The notes: generated from the sequence alone by a model not told the origin. A stretch of 62,752 nt of DNA, filler included, from Basidiobolus ranarum (GCA_040143965.1; 35 parts of 35 records of this genome joined end to end with filler, not necessarily neighbours in it), one strand, 5' to 3'; counted from the whole stretch's first letter, positions 37,778-50,789 are shown. Made by a program: numbers and translations.

Positions 37778-38814
37778 TACAAGGCTATGCTCAGAAACAT
37801 GGCATTGACTATGATGTAACATTTTCTCCCGTTGCTAAGTGTACCTTGATCAGAGTAATCCTAGCCATTGCTACCCACCAAGGAATGCTGATTGAACAAA
37901 TGGATGTCAAGACAGCATTTCTTAATGGCAAAATTGATGAAGATATATACATGGATCAACCAGAGGGATATACTGCAAAAGGAAAAGAACATCAAGTATG
38001 CAAGCTACACAGGGGTCTATATGGTCCAAAACAGGCTCCTTGCACATGGAATACCAAAATCAATCAGATCTTCATGAAACATCTTTTCCATTGTAGCAAA
38101 GCTGATCACTGCATATACTTCAAGACTATCAAAGCCACCAAAGTGATAATTGCTCTCTATGTTGATGATATCATAATAGTTAGTAATTGCTCAAATCTGA
38201 TGAAACAAACTAAGACCTGGCTATCTACCAAGTTTGAAATGCAAGATCTTAGATCACTAGCACATTGTCTTGGAATGCAGATATATCAAAATTCCACTAT
38301 TGGAACACTCTGTATTACACAAGAAAAATATATTGGAGATGTTTTAAACAGATTCAATATGTCAGAATATAAAACAGCTTCAAATCCACTACATATGCTG
38401 AAACCCACTGAGGATGTGAAACCAAAGACCTCTGAAGATTTTGAAAACATCAAACATATTCCTTACTATAGTGGAGTTGGAAGTCTCATATATGTAACAA
38501 CTGGTACTAGGCCTGATATTGCTACAGCAGTAGGCATAGTAAGCAAACATATGGAGAATCCTGCAATGGAACATTGGATATCTGTGAAACAGATAATACA
38601 CTATCTGAAAGGAACAACACATCATGGAATTCAATTCAGTAAGCAGTATAACATGTCTCTTATTTTGGAAGGATATGCTGATGCAGACTGGGCTAACAAT
38701 GCAGAAGACTGTCAGTCAAGAACTGGATATGTGTATAAGCTAGCAGATGGGCCAATAAGCTGGACTAGCAAGAAACAACAAATTGTTGCATTATCTACTA
38801 CAGAAGCAGAATAT
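37778..38814 (+). mobile_element. Copia RT-RNase H with a largely open frame
   Basis: QMDVKTAFLNG, LYVDDII, TRPDIA, GYADADWA, VALSTTEAEY. Confidence 0.96.
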
Positions 38815-39340
38815 TATTGGAAAGATATGGGCTGTTTGGAGGAACTTTACAAAAGTGGAGTTGGGAATAGCTTTGTGGGATAATTGCTTATTGTCCAGAA
38901 ATAAAGCATTTATACTATTTGGTGGAAATAGAGAAAACTAACACTGGGGTTGTGTTCAGAACATCTGTGGGAGTAAAATGAGCTATCCTTGGGGCAATTT
39001 GGATGTGTTTGGAATTTCCAATATGGAATTGCTAATTCTCACATTATTCACATATATATTAAATATGTGTTCTGATTTTCAGCTAAGTGATATTTGACTA
39101 AGTAATGTTAACTAACTTATATGTGATATATGAAATAGTTAAGTGTATAAAGATAGAGATAACAAATATGATAATGATAATAAACTTCAACACTCTCACT
39201 CAACTAAATATGCATATATCTTAATCCTAACTTAAATCTTAATTCTTCAAATTTTGGCTTGGGTAATGGTTTGGTAAGGATGTCAGCAATCATGTCCTCA
39301 GTTGGAAAGTACTCCAGTTGGATGTGCTTATTCTCAATGT
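38815..39340 (-). mobile_element. Copia L1 3' LTR (38815-39192), PPT and RNase H end, inserted into the preceding copia
   Basis: 378-bp LTR; TTGAGTGAGAG PPT; MIADILTKPL. Confidence 0.92.
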
Positions 39341-39571
39341 TGGTGGATCTTGACATAATGGGGGTAGACTTTGAGTATTAGAAGCAACTTATGATAGTGT
39401 GTTTTAGTTAGTTTATTCTTAAGAGTATATGGTGACTTATATGGTAGAAAAGTAAATCAATTGTTTGAGATNNNNNNNNNNNNNNNNNNNNNNNNNNNNN
39501 NNNNNNNNNNNNNNNTTAATTAATTAANNNNNNNNNNNNNNNNNNNNNNNNNNNNNNNNNNNNNNNNNNNN

Positions 39572-41263
39572 CCATACCACTTGGGCTGGGGTTGACAGGT
39601 TCTTCCAGAAAAAAGATGTGCGCAAAATGTCATGTCGATTGACTACACATTGGGCTGCGTTCAGGTAACAGTCAAGTGTGTCTCTATTTGGAAAGGTCAT
39701 CTGAGCTGCTAGTAGATGGGAATCACCAATGGTTGACAACATGTGATGGAACAAGATACCATCTTGAAGTGGAGATAAAGAATAGATGTCCTGGATATTG
39801 GATACCCCACCTGGGACCTGAGCTACAATGCAGTCGATATCAAATTGATTGAGATTGATGAAAGGTAGAAGGTCTGGCGTCAAAATCGCAGTGTTGGCCG
39901 ATATCAAGTTGGGTGCAATGGCTGTTTCCTGGAACTTTTCTAGAGACTGAGCCAGTGTGCTAAGCGTAGGAGTATCAAATAGCCCCCGAATAGAAACCGT
40001 AAGCCCGTGGCGACGCAATCGCTCTACCATCTGTACGGCGAGCAGTGAATGTCCACCCAGCTCAAAGAAGTTACCGTGACGACTCACGCGTTCCAGACTC
40101 AGCAATTCCTTCCAGATTCCTGCTAGCAATATCTCGATCTTACCTTGCGGGGCCTCATATATCCCATGGATAAAAGCTTCTATGCCTGGTGGTGGCAGTT
40201 CCTGACGGTCAAACTTTCCATTCGGTGTCAATGGCCAGGAATCCATGCGTACAAAGGCGGCAGGCAACATGTAATCAGGTAACTTTGATGACAAATGTGA
40301 TCGCAATGCATGGACGAGGTGTTCATCTGGCGCTGCTACAACATACGCAACTAATCGCTTATCGCCTCCTTCACCCAGAGCCAGAACAACAGCTTCTCTT
40401 ACCTGAGGGTGGTCAACAAGATGTGCCTCAATCTCCTCAAGTTCAATTCGATGCCCACGGATCTTAACCTGACAGTCATTACGACCCAAGAGTTCCAAAT
40501 TACCATTAGGTAAATAGCGTCCCAGGTCACCAGTCTTGTACATGCGGGCCCCTTCTGCGGTACTAAATGGATCTGAAATGAAGCGTTCGACAGTAAGCTC
40601 AGGACGATTCAAATAGCCACGTGCCACACCTGCTCCACCAATATACAGCTCACCTATTGCTCCCAATGGGACAGGATGACCATACGGATCCAGTAGATAA
40701 ATTCGCGTGTTAGCAATTGGTCGTCCAATATGAAGCTGGCTGTCATCTATTCTCAATTGGCCAGATGTAGCTAAAATTGTCGTTTCAGTTGAACCATAAT
40801 TATTCATTATTGCAAGTCCAGGAGGTAGTGATTTCAGTGAACTAGGAAACCGATCTCCACCGGTCATTAGGTAACGCATGCTTGAGGGAACTAGACCCTC
40901 TCCAAGAGCAAGAACTGCAAGTGGTGTGACTAAAATAGCGACCACTAAATTTTGTCGACTCCACCATTGCAGTAAAGTAGATACATCTTGAGAAACAGAA
41001 CGATCTGGTATTGCTAGTGTGGCCCCACAAATCATTGCAGGCCAGATCTCGCACGCAGTTGCATCAAAGGCAACCCCAGATGTTGATGTACATATTGTAC
41101 CAGAACGTATACTAAAACTACTGTTATACCATGTACAAATATTAGACAAGTTCCGATGTTCGACCATCACACCTTTCGGAGTGCCGGTAGAACCAGAGAT
41201 ATAGATCACGTAGACGAGGTGACACGAGGTCAGGCCTGGTATATACGGATTGCTTGTACATGA
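39572..41263 (-). CDS. Nonribosomal peptide synthetase fragment (A domain, PCP, start of a dual E/C-type condensation domain); partial at both ends
   Basis: YISGSTGTPKG, YKTGDL, QVKIRGHRIEL, NGK, FFELGGHSL, VPGGVSNIQDIYSLSPLQDGILFHH; intronless across the whole contig. Confidence 0.96.
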
Positions 41264-41364
41264 ANNNNNNNNNNNNNNNNNNNNNNNNNNNNNNNNNNNN
41301 NNNNNNNNTTAATTAATTAANNNNNNNNNNNNNNNNNNNNNNNNNNNNNNNNNNNNNNNNNNNN

Positions 41365-41891
41365 CTTGCAGCTTTCCTAGATGTACTGTCAGATTATCAC
41401 ACAAACAAAATAGTCCAAATTAAAGAGGTACTTACTGTGAGTCCATGGATTGGGTTTTGTTGCTGTTATTGTGCTCAAACAATGCAAAAACTCATGATCA
41501 CATTGAAAAGAGCCCTGTGTTGGAAGGTTTATATAGTCTGGAGTCTCCTTAACCCATTGCATTACATCCATCACTGATTTTGCAGATACACTATTAATCA
41601 GATTAGCATATGGTAACATTGACAATTTCATACAAATAATCATTTCACCACCAGTATGTTCCATTGGGAACTCCCAGAAAGTATAGCAAGGGCCCATAAT
41701 CTCTAAGCATTTTGAATGATGCAGCAGGAAATGTATTAAGTACTGGCATAGAGTCATTCTATATTCTTTAAACCTGTAATAAATTTTCTACTTCCTGATT
41801 ACAAAATCTTTGCATGTTTGCTGTATTTGCCTGAGATCTGCCAATGTGAGTTGATGCCATAAGAATATATTAAAAATATCCACAAACAACT
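41365..41891 (-). pseudogene. EnSpm transposase C-terminal catalytic fragment
   Basis: HFLLH...MGPCYTFWEFPMEH resembles the H..H...GP...W.F.MER motif. Confidence 0.85.
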
Positions 41892-43057
41892 CCCTAACAA
41901 AAATAAAAATGATTTGATCCAGATTGGATCCACCCTCCAAAATAGCAAAACCATCAGAGAACCATCAAAATATTGGTGGCTTGCATTCTGCCAGGGATTT
42001 TGATGGTGTAATGGCAGTTTCTTGATGGTATTTTGATGGTATTCATACATGTTAAAATATTGATCCTCAAATTTGGCATGTGTTATTCAATATCTGGCAA
42101 TTTTAGCAAAAATCCAATTTTTGAATGGCACATTTCTGGGTTTACCGCTATTGGATTTTGAATTAATATGCTTGCCTTTATTTTAATATTTTAGGCTTTG
42201 CATTCCAGCCATAATGAGAATCAAAAAATACAAGAATTTTGTTGTGTTTAGTCTCTACATATGCACATACTTGACTGATTTGACTTAACTCAACAACATC
42301 AATATGCTTTACCAGCAAACTAATGGTGGAAAAATTGCTAAACATCTGAAATTTTGAATAGCATGGACACTTGGCAAATAGCTGACTCTTGTTACCGTTC
42401 ACAATGAGAATAAGCTCTTGGATTTTGACAAATTTCCGTAAAGAATTCAGCCAATATATTCCCAACTTGCAGTCAACAAATGTCCTGCCACATGTAGTTG
42501 TGTCATTGCTTGAATAGATTACCCCTTGGCTAAAACAAAAATACTGCATATATGATCTATCTCACCAAGAAGTTTATCTTGCAGCGTTCCTAAAATTACC
42601 ATCAGATTATCACACAAGCAAATTAGTCTGATTATAGAGGTACTTACTCTGTGTCCATGGATTGGGCTTTGTTGCTGTTATTATGCTCAAACAATGTGAA
42701 AACCTATGAGCACATTGAAAAGAGCCCTTTGTTGGCAGTTTAATATACTCTGGAGTATCCTTAACCCATTGCATTACATCCATCACTGATTTTGCTGATA
42801 CATTGTTAATCAGATTAGCATATGGTAATACTGACAACTTCACACAGAGCATCATTTCACCACAGGTGCACTCCATTGGCAACTCCAAGAATGTATAGCA
42901 AGGGCCTATAATCTCTAAGCATTGTGAAAGATGCAGCAAGGAATGTATTGAATACCAGCATAGATTCAGTCCATCTTCTTTAAACCAGTAAGAAAGTTTT
43001 TCATATCCAATTACAAAATCTTTGCACAATTGCTGTATCTGCTTGAGATCTGCCAAT
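41892..43057 (+). mobile_element. EnSpm-like end B joined to the transposase 3' end (42178-43056, - strand)
   Basis: CCCTAACAAAAAT at 41892 is continuous with HSLLHLSQCLEIIGPCYTFLELPMECTCG, so end B lies downstream of the transposase. Confidence 0.92.
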
Positions 43058-43157
43058 NNNNNNNNNNNNNNNNNNNNNNNNNNNNNNNNNNNNNNNNNNN
43101 NTTAATTAATTAANNNNNNNNNNNNNNNNNNNNNNNNNNNNNNNNNNNNNNNNNNNN

Positions 43158-43508
43158 TGTTGCTTGCCACCAACCTAGTACAAGTGGAAAACACTTGTCA
43201 ATTGTATGACTTATAATTGTTCAGTAATTAAGCTACCTTCATGTCCAAATGGTTGTTTGGCTTTCACTGGTGATCTGAAGAGCCTGAAGTCATATACTGT
43301 TTGTACACAATTAGCAATTGGTGAATCAGGAAAACATTATTTATATTCAGCCCACATACCATTGAATCCCATCTCAAAGCTTTGATGACATCACCCAAAT
43401 ATGGATCATTGATTCATTACCAAAGTACTCACCATAAATCTGATGGTAACACTCATGTATTTGAAGGATATTACAACCAGAATCTAAAAGTCATGGTTCC
43501 TTTGTGAA
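43158..43508 (+). pseudogene. EnSpm transposase N-central fragment
   Basis: CPNGCLAFTGDLKSLKSYTVC...HIPL. Confidence 0.8.
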
Positions 43509-44849
43509 CCCTGACAAAAATAAAGTTAATTTGATCTGGATCAGTTCAACCCTTTTGGATTACAAAACCATCAGAGAACCTTCAAAATTATGAGGGCTAG
43601 CATTCTGCCAAGCATTTGGATGGTGAGACAGTGGCTTCTTGATGGAATCCATACACAGTAAAATATTGATCCTCATATTTGGCATGTGTTATTTAGTCTG
43701 CCACCTTTTTGGCAAAAAACCAATTTTTGAATAGCATTGTACTTGGTTTACTGCTCTAGGAATTTCAATTAATACACATGCCTTTGTTTAGAGATTTTTG
43801 GATTTGTATTCCAGCCATAATGATAATCAAAAAGTATAAGGATCTCATTGTGTTTAGTACCTACATATGCACATACATCACTGATCAGACATAACTCAAC
43901 AACATCAATATGCTTGACCAGCAAACTAATGGTGGAAAAGTTGCCAAACATCTGAAATTTTGAATTGCACTGACACTTGGCAAATAGCTGACTCTGGTTA
44001 CCATTCACAATGAGAATAAGCTCTTGGATTTTGGCAAATTTCCACAAAGAATTCAGCCAAAATATCACCAAATTGCAGACAACAAATATCCTAACACAAG
44101 TAGATGTGTCATTGCTTGAACATATTACCCCATGGCTAAAACATAATACTACGTATCTTGATCTATCTCACCAAGGAGTCTGTCTTGCAGCTTTCCTGGA
44201 TATACTGTCAGATTATCACACAACCAAATTTTTCTAAATTTTATAGGTACTTACTCCATATACATGGATTGGGCTTTGTTGCTGTTATTGTGCTCAAACA
44301 ATGAAAAACATGTGAGCACATTGAAACAAGCCCTTTGTTGGAAGGTTAATATACTCTGGACTCTCCTTAACCTATTGCATTACATCCATTAGTGATTTTG
44401 CTGATACATTTCTAATCAGAATAGCATATGGTAATACTGATGATTTCACATGGGGCATCATTTCACAAGGTTCCCATTCTTCCAGGACCTGGGAAACATG
44501 AATCCCTAACAAAAATAAAACTGATTTAATCTGGATCGGATCCACCCTCCAAAATAGTAAAACTGTCAGAGAACCGTCACAATATCATTGGCTTGCATTC
44601 TGCTAGGGATTTTGATGATGTGATGGCAGTTTCTTGATGGTATCTTAGCGGTATTCATACATGTTAAAATATTGATCCTCAAATTTGGCATGTGTTATTC
44701 AATATCCAGCAATTTTAGCAAAAATATAATTTTTGAAAGGCAAATTACTGGGTTTACTGCTGTAGGAATTTGAATTAATATGCATGCCTTTATTTAGATA
44801 TTTTAGGCTTTGTATTCCAGCCATAATGAGAATCAAAAAATACAAGAAT
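43509..44849 (+). mobile_element. Two EnSpm-like B ends (termini at 43509 and 44504)
   Basis: CCCTGACAAAAAT and CCCTAACAAAAAT, each followed by B subterminal sequence. Confidence 0.88.
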
Positions 44850-44949
44850 NNNNNNNNNNNNNNNNNNNNNNNNNNNNNNNNNNNNNNNNNNNNTTAATTA
44901 ATTAANNNNNNNNNNNNNNNNNNNNNNNNNNNNNNNNNNNNNNNNNNNN

Positions 44950-46641
44950 TCTCAGACATGGTATATTGATTCTGGAGCTTCCCAACATTTCACAAATGAA
45001 AAACATTTGTTTGTGGAATATGAAGAAATCCCAATTAGAAAGGTTTTCATGGGAGATGACTGCACCTTGGATGCTGTTGGAATGGGAACAATTCAAGTCA
45101 ATTTAACTGGAGCTTCTGAAGAGAAAGTATATACTTCTAAGGATGTACTACATATTCCAGATATTGCTAAGAATTTAATATCTGTATGCAAGGCCACCTC
45201 AGAAGGGCTAAAATTTAATTTTGATAAGTCAGGATGAACCATCACTATTCAAAATGGGAATTATTTAGCTCTGGGAGTAAAGGATCAGAAATTATGCAAA
45301 GTTGCATATAGTACCAGAGGTTTATGTGTATATATAAGTAATTCCAATCAAGAAACTATTCAATTATGGCATAAGAGATTTGGCCATAATGGATTTGATT
45401 ATTTGAGCAAAATGATCAAAAATCACCTAATTGCTGGAATACAAATCAACCCCCCCAACCAAAATGGAAATTTATGAGGGTTGTATATATGGAAAGCAAG
45501 CCAGCCAACCATTCAAGAGCTCTGGTTTAATCCAATCTGTCACAAAATTGGATATAACTCATTCAGATTTGTGTGAACCTATGCAAAATTTATCTTTAGG
45601 TGGAAAAAGATATTTAATAACATTTATTGATGATTATGCAAGATACATTTGGGCCTACCTGATGAAAAGAAAAGAAGAAGCTCTCTTCATTTTTAGAGAC
45701 TTCAAAACACTTGTGGAGACTCAAACTGGAGTTAAAATCAAGAAAATATGTATTGCTAGTGGTAGAGAATATACTTCAACACTATTTAACCACTTTTGCA
45801 AAGTTCACAGAATTAAGCAAGAAACTATTGCCCCCTATTCACCTCAACAAAATGGAGTTGCTGAAAGTGCTAACAGGACTATAATAGAAATGGCACAATC
45901 TATGATAAATACACAAAATTTATCTCATAACTTTAGGGTGGAATCTGTTGCTACAGCTGTATATCTGAAGAGTAGGATTTTTAATAGAAGTCTGTCTAAC
46001 TCCACACCATATCAAGCTTGGTTTGGACTTAAACCTGAGGTAAAACATATGAGGACCTTTGAATGCATTGCTCATGTCAAAATTATAACCAAAAATTGGT
46101 CTAAATTTGATCCAAAAGTAAGATATGCATATTTCTTGGCTATTGTACTCAAAATAAGGCCTACAGACTCTATGATACCAAAATTTCCAAATTAATCAAG
46201 TCCAGGGATGTTTTGTTTAGAGAAAAAGAAAAACCTTCTCCCAAAATGACTTCAGATGATGACAAAAATCCATTTTGAGAGACTATAGAGAATAAGTTTA
46301 TTGACTTAACTTATTGTTCTACAGAAGACATGATTTGCTGATATATTAACCAAACCATTAGCTAGACAGAAATTTAAGAAATTTAGACCTTTATTAGGAT
46401 TAGTTTATATGACTATTTAGTTGGGGGAGAGTGTTGAAATTAGCATTGCCTAAGCACCTATATAGCCATATATAACTTAGTAATTAGTTATCTTATAACT
46501 CACTAAGATATTATCAATTATTCTCAATTGGAATTTATTTAGAATATTCTTACCAACTTAGAAGTCTCAGATATATAGATTTTTCAGACTTGTGCTAGAA
46601 GCCCCAAACTTTGCACATATGTTCCTGGGACCTTCCTTAAC
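44950..46641 (+). mobile_element. Copia protease-integrase, internal deletion of RT, RNase H end, PPT and L3 3' LTR (from 46432)
   Basis: WYIDSGASQH, HSDLCEP, YSPQQNGVAE; jump near 46275 to MICADILTKPL-like sequence; TTGGGGGAGAG then TGTTGAAATTAGC. Confidence 0.92.
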
Positions 46642-46741
46642 NNNNNNNNNNNNNNNNNNNNNNNNNNNNNNNNNNNNNNNNNNNNTTAATTAATTAANNN
46701 NNNNNNNNNNNNNNNNNNNNNNNNNNNNNNNNNNNNNNNNN

Positions 46742-47261
46742 AAGAAGAACATTCAACTTGACAGTCAGTCTTGTGTTAATCATGCAGATATCTGCAAAGA
46801 ACTTAATACAGAGTGGCACAATATTGCAGGGTATCTACCAGATAGCTGGAAGAATGTTAATTCAGCAACTTTACTACAATGGTGGGCTTTGAGGAGATAT
46901 TGATACAAACTTGTGTTGGATATGAGCTAAACCTTGGGTATGATGAGCTCTATAAAAATATTCAGGAGAATGTATCAATGAAACTTGGAATTTCAAAGGT
47001 GACAAATTAGCATTCAAGTGGTAAATGTGTAAAATTTGAGTTATATTTTTTGCACATACATTGATCCATAGTTCTCTGAGATTGTAGCTAATCATGTGCA
47101 ACTATTTTGCAGGATCTTGTAATTTCACTCCTGAAACTGAAAAAATTGATTAAAATCAAATCTAACTCACAATTTTATGATGGTAAGTAAATAGTCAATC
47201 CCAAATGAATTAGAATTGTGATGGTTTTCTTACAACAACAATCTTCAAATTTCTGTTAGGG
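46742..47261 (-). mobile_element. EnSpm-like end A
   Basis: Ends ttctgttaggg. Confidence 0.92.
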
Positions 47262-48142
47262 GTTATATAACAAGCATCTTGACATTCCAGACTATACTTC
47301 CAGGCTCATAATGATGCAGGAAAGACATCACTCACTGCTTGAAGGACACTTTGGTAATACCAAATCATAGATGTTGGCATCCAGAGATCTTTGGTGGCCA
47401 AAAATGTTTGCATGTTTCAAGACTTATGTTTCCACCTGTGATACTTGTGGTCAAGTTAAGACTTGAAGACATCAGCCCTATGGCCTCCTACAGCCACTAC
47501 CAATTCTTGATTGGCAGTGGAAATCCTTATCTCTGGATTTCATTACTGATCTTCCCTTGTCTGCAAAATATGATTCAATTCTGGTAATTGTTGACCATCC
47601 AACAATGATTGCACACTTTGTGCCCTGCAACAAGTTAATTGATGCAAAATAAACAGCAGAATTGGTATGATATCTGGATGCCATCACTAAAGGAGGGGAT
47701 ACTCTCATGATTCCAATCTTTCTACATGCAGCTGCTACAAAGAGGATTTTTCTACTATTAGAATATGACATCATATCTGCTGTGCCATTCTTTCTGAGCA
47801 TTCTCATGCTAGTTCATCCATGCTACCTTATATGGAAGTGATGTTCTTTGGAATATTTCATGAAACCTTAGAGTTGGAACTTGTCACATTACCTTCCCTA
47901 TTTAGTATATGATTTTCAACCTGTAATATCTATATTGCTCCCTGCAATTTCTATATAAGCTCCCTGCTTTCCTTGATAAGACCTCAGTCTAATCAATTCC
48001 AGTTATCAATAAAGATTCTTGCTAAAGTATCTTCCCAGTCCAGTCTTGTTTTCTCTTGCCTTGTGATCTACATCCAAGTACCCTCCAGCTTTCTAGTCTC
48101 TTGTCTCTGTTTCCAGGCCATGTCCAGTTTCTTATTGTGACA
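47262..48142 (+). mobile_element. Chromovirus integrase fragment, PPT and G1 3' LTR (~47703-48142, internally deleted)
   Basis: WKSLSLDFITDLP; AAAGGAGGGGATAC; the LTR ends ttattgtgaCA. Confidence 0.85.
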
Positions 48143-48433
48143 CTGCTTCCAATATAGAGCCTTCACCGTCGGGTTAACCATCTATTGCTACTGGTGCACA
48201 GCTCTAGAATTCAACCAAAAGTGTCTTTCTTGAGGCTTGTGTTAAAAAGTTATTCACTCTTAACCATGATGGATACTTCATCTCTTTGAACTGTCTATTA
48301 CCACTGATGCCTGACACAGCACATTGGAATGTATTGTCTACCTTGAGGTTTGTGCTCAGCTTTTGTAGCTCATTTGACCTTAGTAAGAGCTCAAGTATCT
48401 CTCTGAAACACCCATTGCCTTGGTCTTGTTGGG
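48143..48433 (-). repeat. Diverged homolog of the 16420-17160 repeat-ORF region with fewer units
   Basis: Shares TATTGTCTACCTTGAG.TTTGTG and TCTCT..AAACACCCATTG with 17061-17150. Confidence 0.7.
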
Positions 48434-48533
48434 NNNNNNNNNNNNNNNNNNNNNNNNNNNNNNNNNNNNNNNNNNNNTTAATTAATTAANNNNNNNNNNN
48501 NNNNNNNNNNNNNNNNNNNNNNNNNNNNNNNNN

Positions 48534-49193
48534 CAAAAAGTCCCACAACCACTGCGCAGCACCCTCAGTAGTGTCACACTACAATGATGTATGAAAATAG
48601 TCAAAGTACTTGAGGAGTATTTTCAAAAGTATGAAGGGAAAGACACAGTGCGAGTATGCAGAAAGTGGCTTCAGAAGAAGAACATTCAACTTGACATTCA
48701 GTCTGATGTTGATCATGAAGATATCTGGGAAGTGCCTAATACAAAATGGTGCAATATTGCAGGGTATCCACTGGATAGCTGGAAGAATGCTGACTCAGCA
48801 ATGTTAATACAATGGTGGGCTTTGATGGAGATATTGATACAAACTTATTTGGGTTATGAGCTAAACCTTGGGCATGAAGAACTCCATAAAATGTTAAGGT
48901 GAATATATTAAAGAAACTAGGGATTTCAAAGGTGACAAATTAGCATTCAAGTGGTAAATATGTAAATTTGAGTTATGTTTTTTGCACATATGCCAATCCA
49001 TTGATCTCTGAGATTGTAGCCAAGCCTGTGCAACTATATAGCAAGATCTTGAAATTTCACTCCTGAAACTGAAAAAATTAATAAAATGAAATCTATTTTG
49101 ACAATTTTATGATGGTAAGTAAACATTGATTTCAAAATGGATTTAAATTGAGATGGTCTTCCTACAATAACAATCCTCAAATGTGTGTTTGGG
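48534..49193 (-). mobile_element. EnSpm-like end A with the ORF2 C-terminus (48591-48902, +)
   Basis: KVLEEYFQKYEGK...QWWALMEIL matches 13001-13339. Confidence 0.9.
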
Positions 49194-49626
49194 TAATACT
49201 TGGTTAGCAAGTCATCTTCTTAGAGTCTGGCAACTTTGTGTCTGTCCCAATGGACTAAGCATTCCTTGGTGACTACTTGTTTATCCATTAGCTGATATGT
49301 CTGGAATGGGTATTTGCTGATTACTTTGAAAGGTCCAATCCCAAGAGGCTCAAACTTCCTCTTGGTATTATTTCTTAACTGTACAAAGGTTCCTTTAACA
49401 ATTGATTATGAGTCTACAATATTGCCTAAACAAGTCTTCATTTTTGAGGCACTGGTCTCAACTTTGGCTTTTGCTGCATTTCTGTACTGAGTCAGCTTCT
49501 CCTTTGCTAGGGTTGGTTAAGCTGACCTTCCAAAAGTCAGTGAGTTTTGGTTATAATGTGTCTTCTGGAATCTTTGGGAGACATCCATTGACCAAGTAGA
49601 TAGGAGACTTCTGAGTTGTACTAGGG
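49194..49626 (-). mobile_element. Gypsy integrase C-terminal (GPY/F) fragment
   Basis: KFEPLGIGPFKVISKYPFQTYQL...LVHWDR. Confidence 0.75.
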
Positions 49627-50225
49627 CTCTGATGGAAATTTGAGGATTGTTATCATAGAAAAACTCTCACAATTTTAATCCATTTTGGGTTGACCCTTTA
49701 CTAACAGTCATAAAATTGTCAAGTTAGATTTGATTTTAATGAATTTTTGTTGCAGTTTATTGTGTTTAACCTATTTGTTATCTCTATCTTTAACTACTTA
49801 ACTATTTCATATATCACATATAAGTTAGTTAACATTACTTAGTCCAATATCACTTAACTTCAAATTGGAATATAAATTATGTAAATTTATGTGAATAATG
49901 TGAGAATTAGCAATTGCATATTAGAAATATCAAACTCATCCAAATTGCCCCAAAGATGGCTCAATTTACTCCCACAGATGTTCTGAACATAACCCCAGTG
50001 TTAGTTGTCTGTATTTCCACTAAAATGTATAAATGCTTTATTTCTTGCTTCCCATCAAGCTTGGACTACATTTGAAGAGTGTTATGAAGCAAAGAGTCTT
50101 GCTAATAGACTCTTTCTCAGACAATAATTCTTCAATATAAAGATGGAAGGGTTGGACAGCATGGTTACTCATAGTGCAAATGTGAGATCTTTGGCAAAAC
50201 AACTGGAAAATAGTGGTGCAACTTT
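49627..50225 (+). mobile_element. Nested fragments: EnSpm end A (49627-49747), L1 LTR (49748-~50045), copia gag
   Basis: Each segment matches its family elsewhere in the window. Confidence 0.85.
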
Positions 50226-50325
50226 NNNNNNNNNNNNNNNNNNNNNNNNNNNNNNNNNNNNNNNNNNNNTTAATTAATTAANNNNNNNNNNNNNNNNNNN
50301 NNNNNNNNNNNNNNNNNNNNNNNNN

Positions 50326-50789
50326 TCTGGGAATAACTTAATTCAGAGTGGCACAATATTGTGGGGTATCCACCGGATAGCTGGAAGAATGTTGATTCAG
50401 CAACATTAATACAATGGTGGGCTCTGATGGAGATATTGATACAGGCTAGTGTTGGGTATGAGCTAAACCTTGGGTATTAAGAACTCTACAAAAATATTCA
50501 GGAGAATATATCAAAGAGACTAGGGATTTTGAAGGTGACAAATTAGCATTCAAGCGGTAATTGTGTAAAATTTGAGTTTTGTTTTTTGCACATGTGTTGA
50601 TCAATAGTTCTCTGAGATTGTAGCCAATCATGCTTTACTCTTTTGTGAGATCTTGAAATTTCACTCCTGAAACTGAAAAAATACAAATGTAAGTTGACAA
50701 TTTTATGATTCTAAGTCAATGGTCAATCTCAAATGGATTAAAATTGTGATGGTTTTCCTACAATAACAATCCTCAAGTTTCTGTTAGGG
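50326..50789 (-). mobile_element. EnSpm-like end A inserted into a G1 LTR
   Basis: Ends tttctgttaggg at 50789. Confidence 0.92.
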
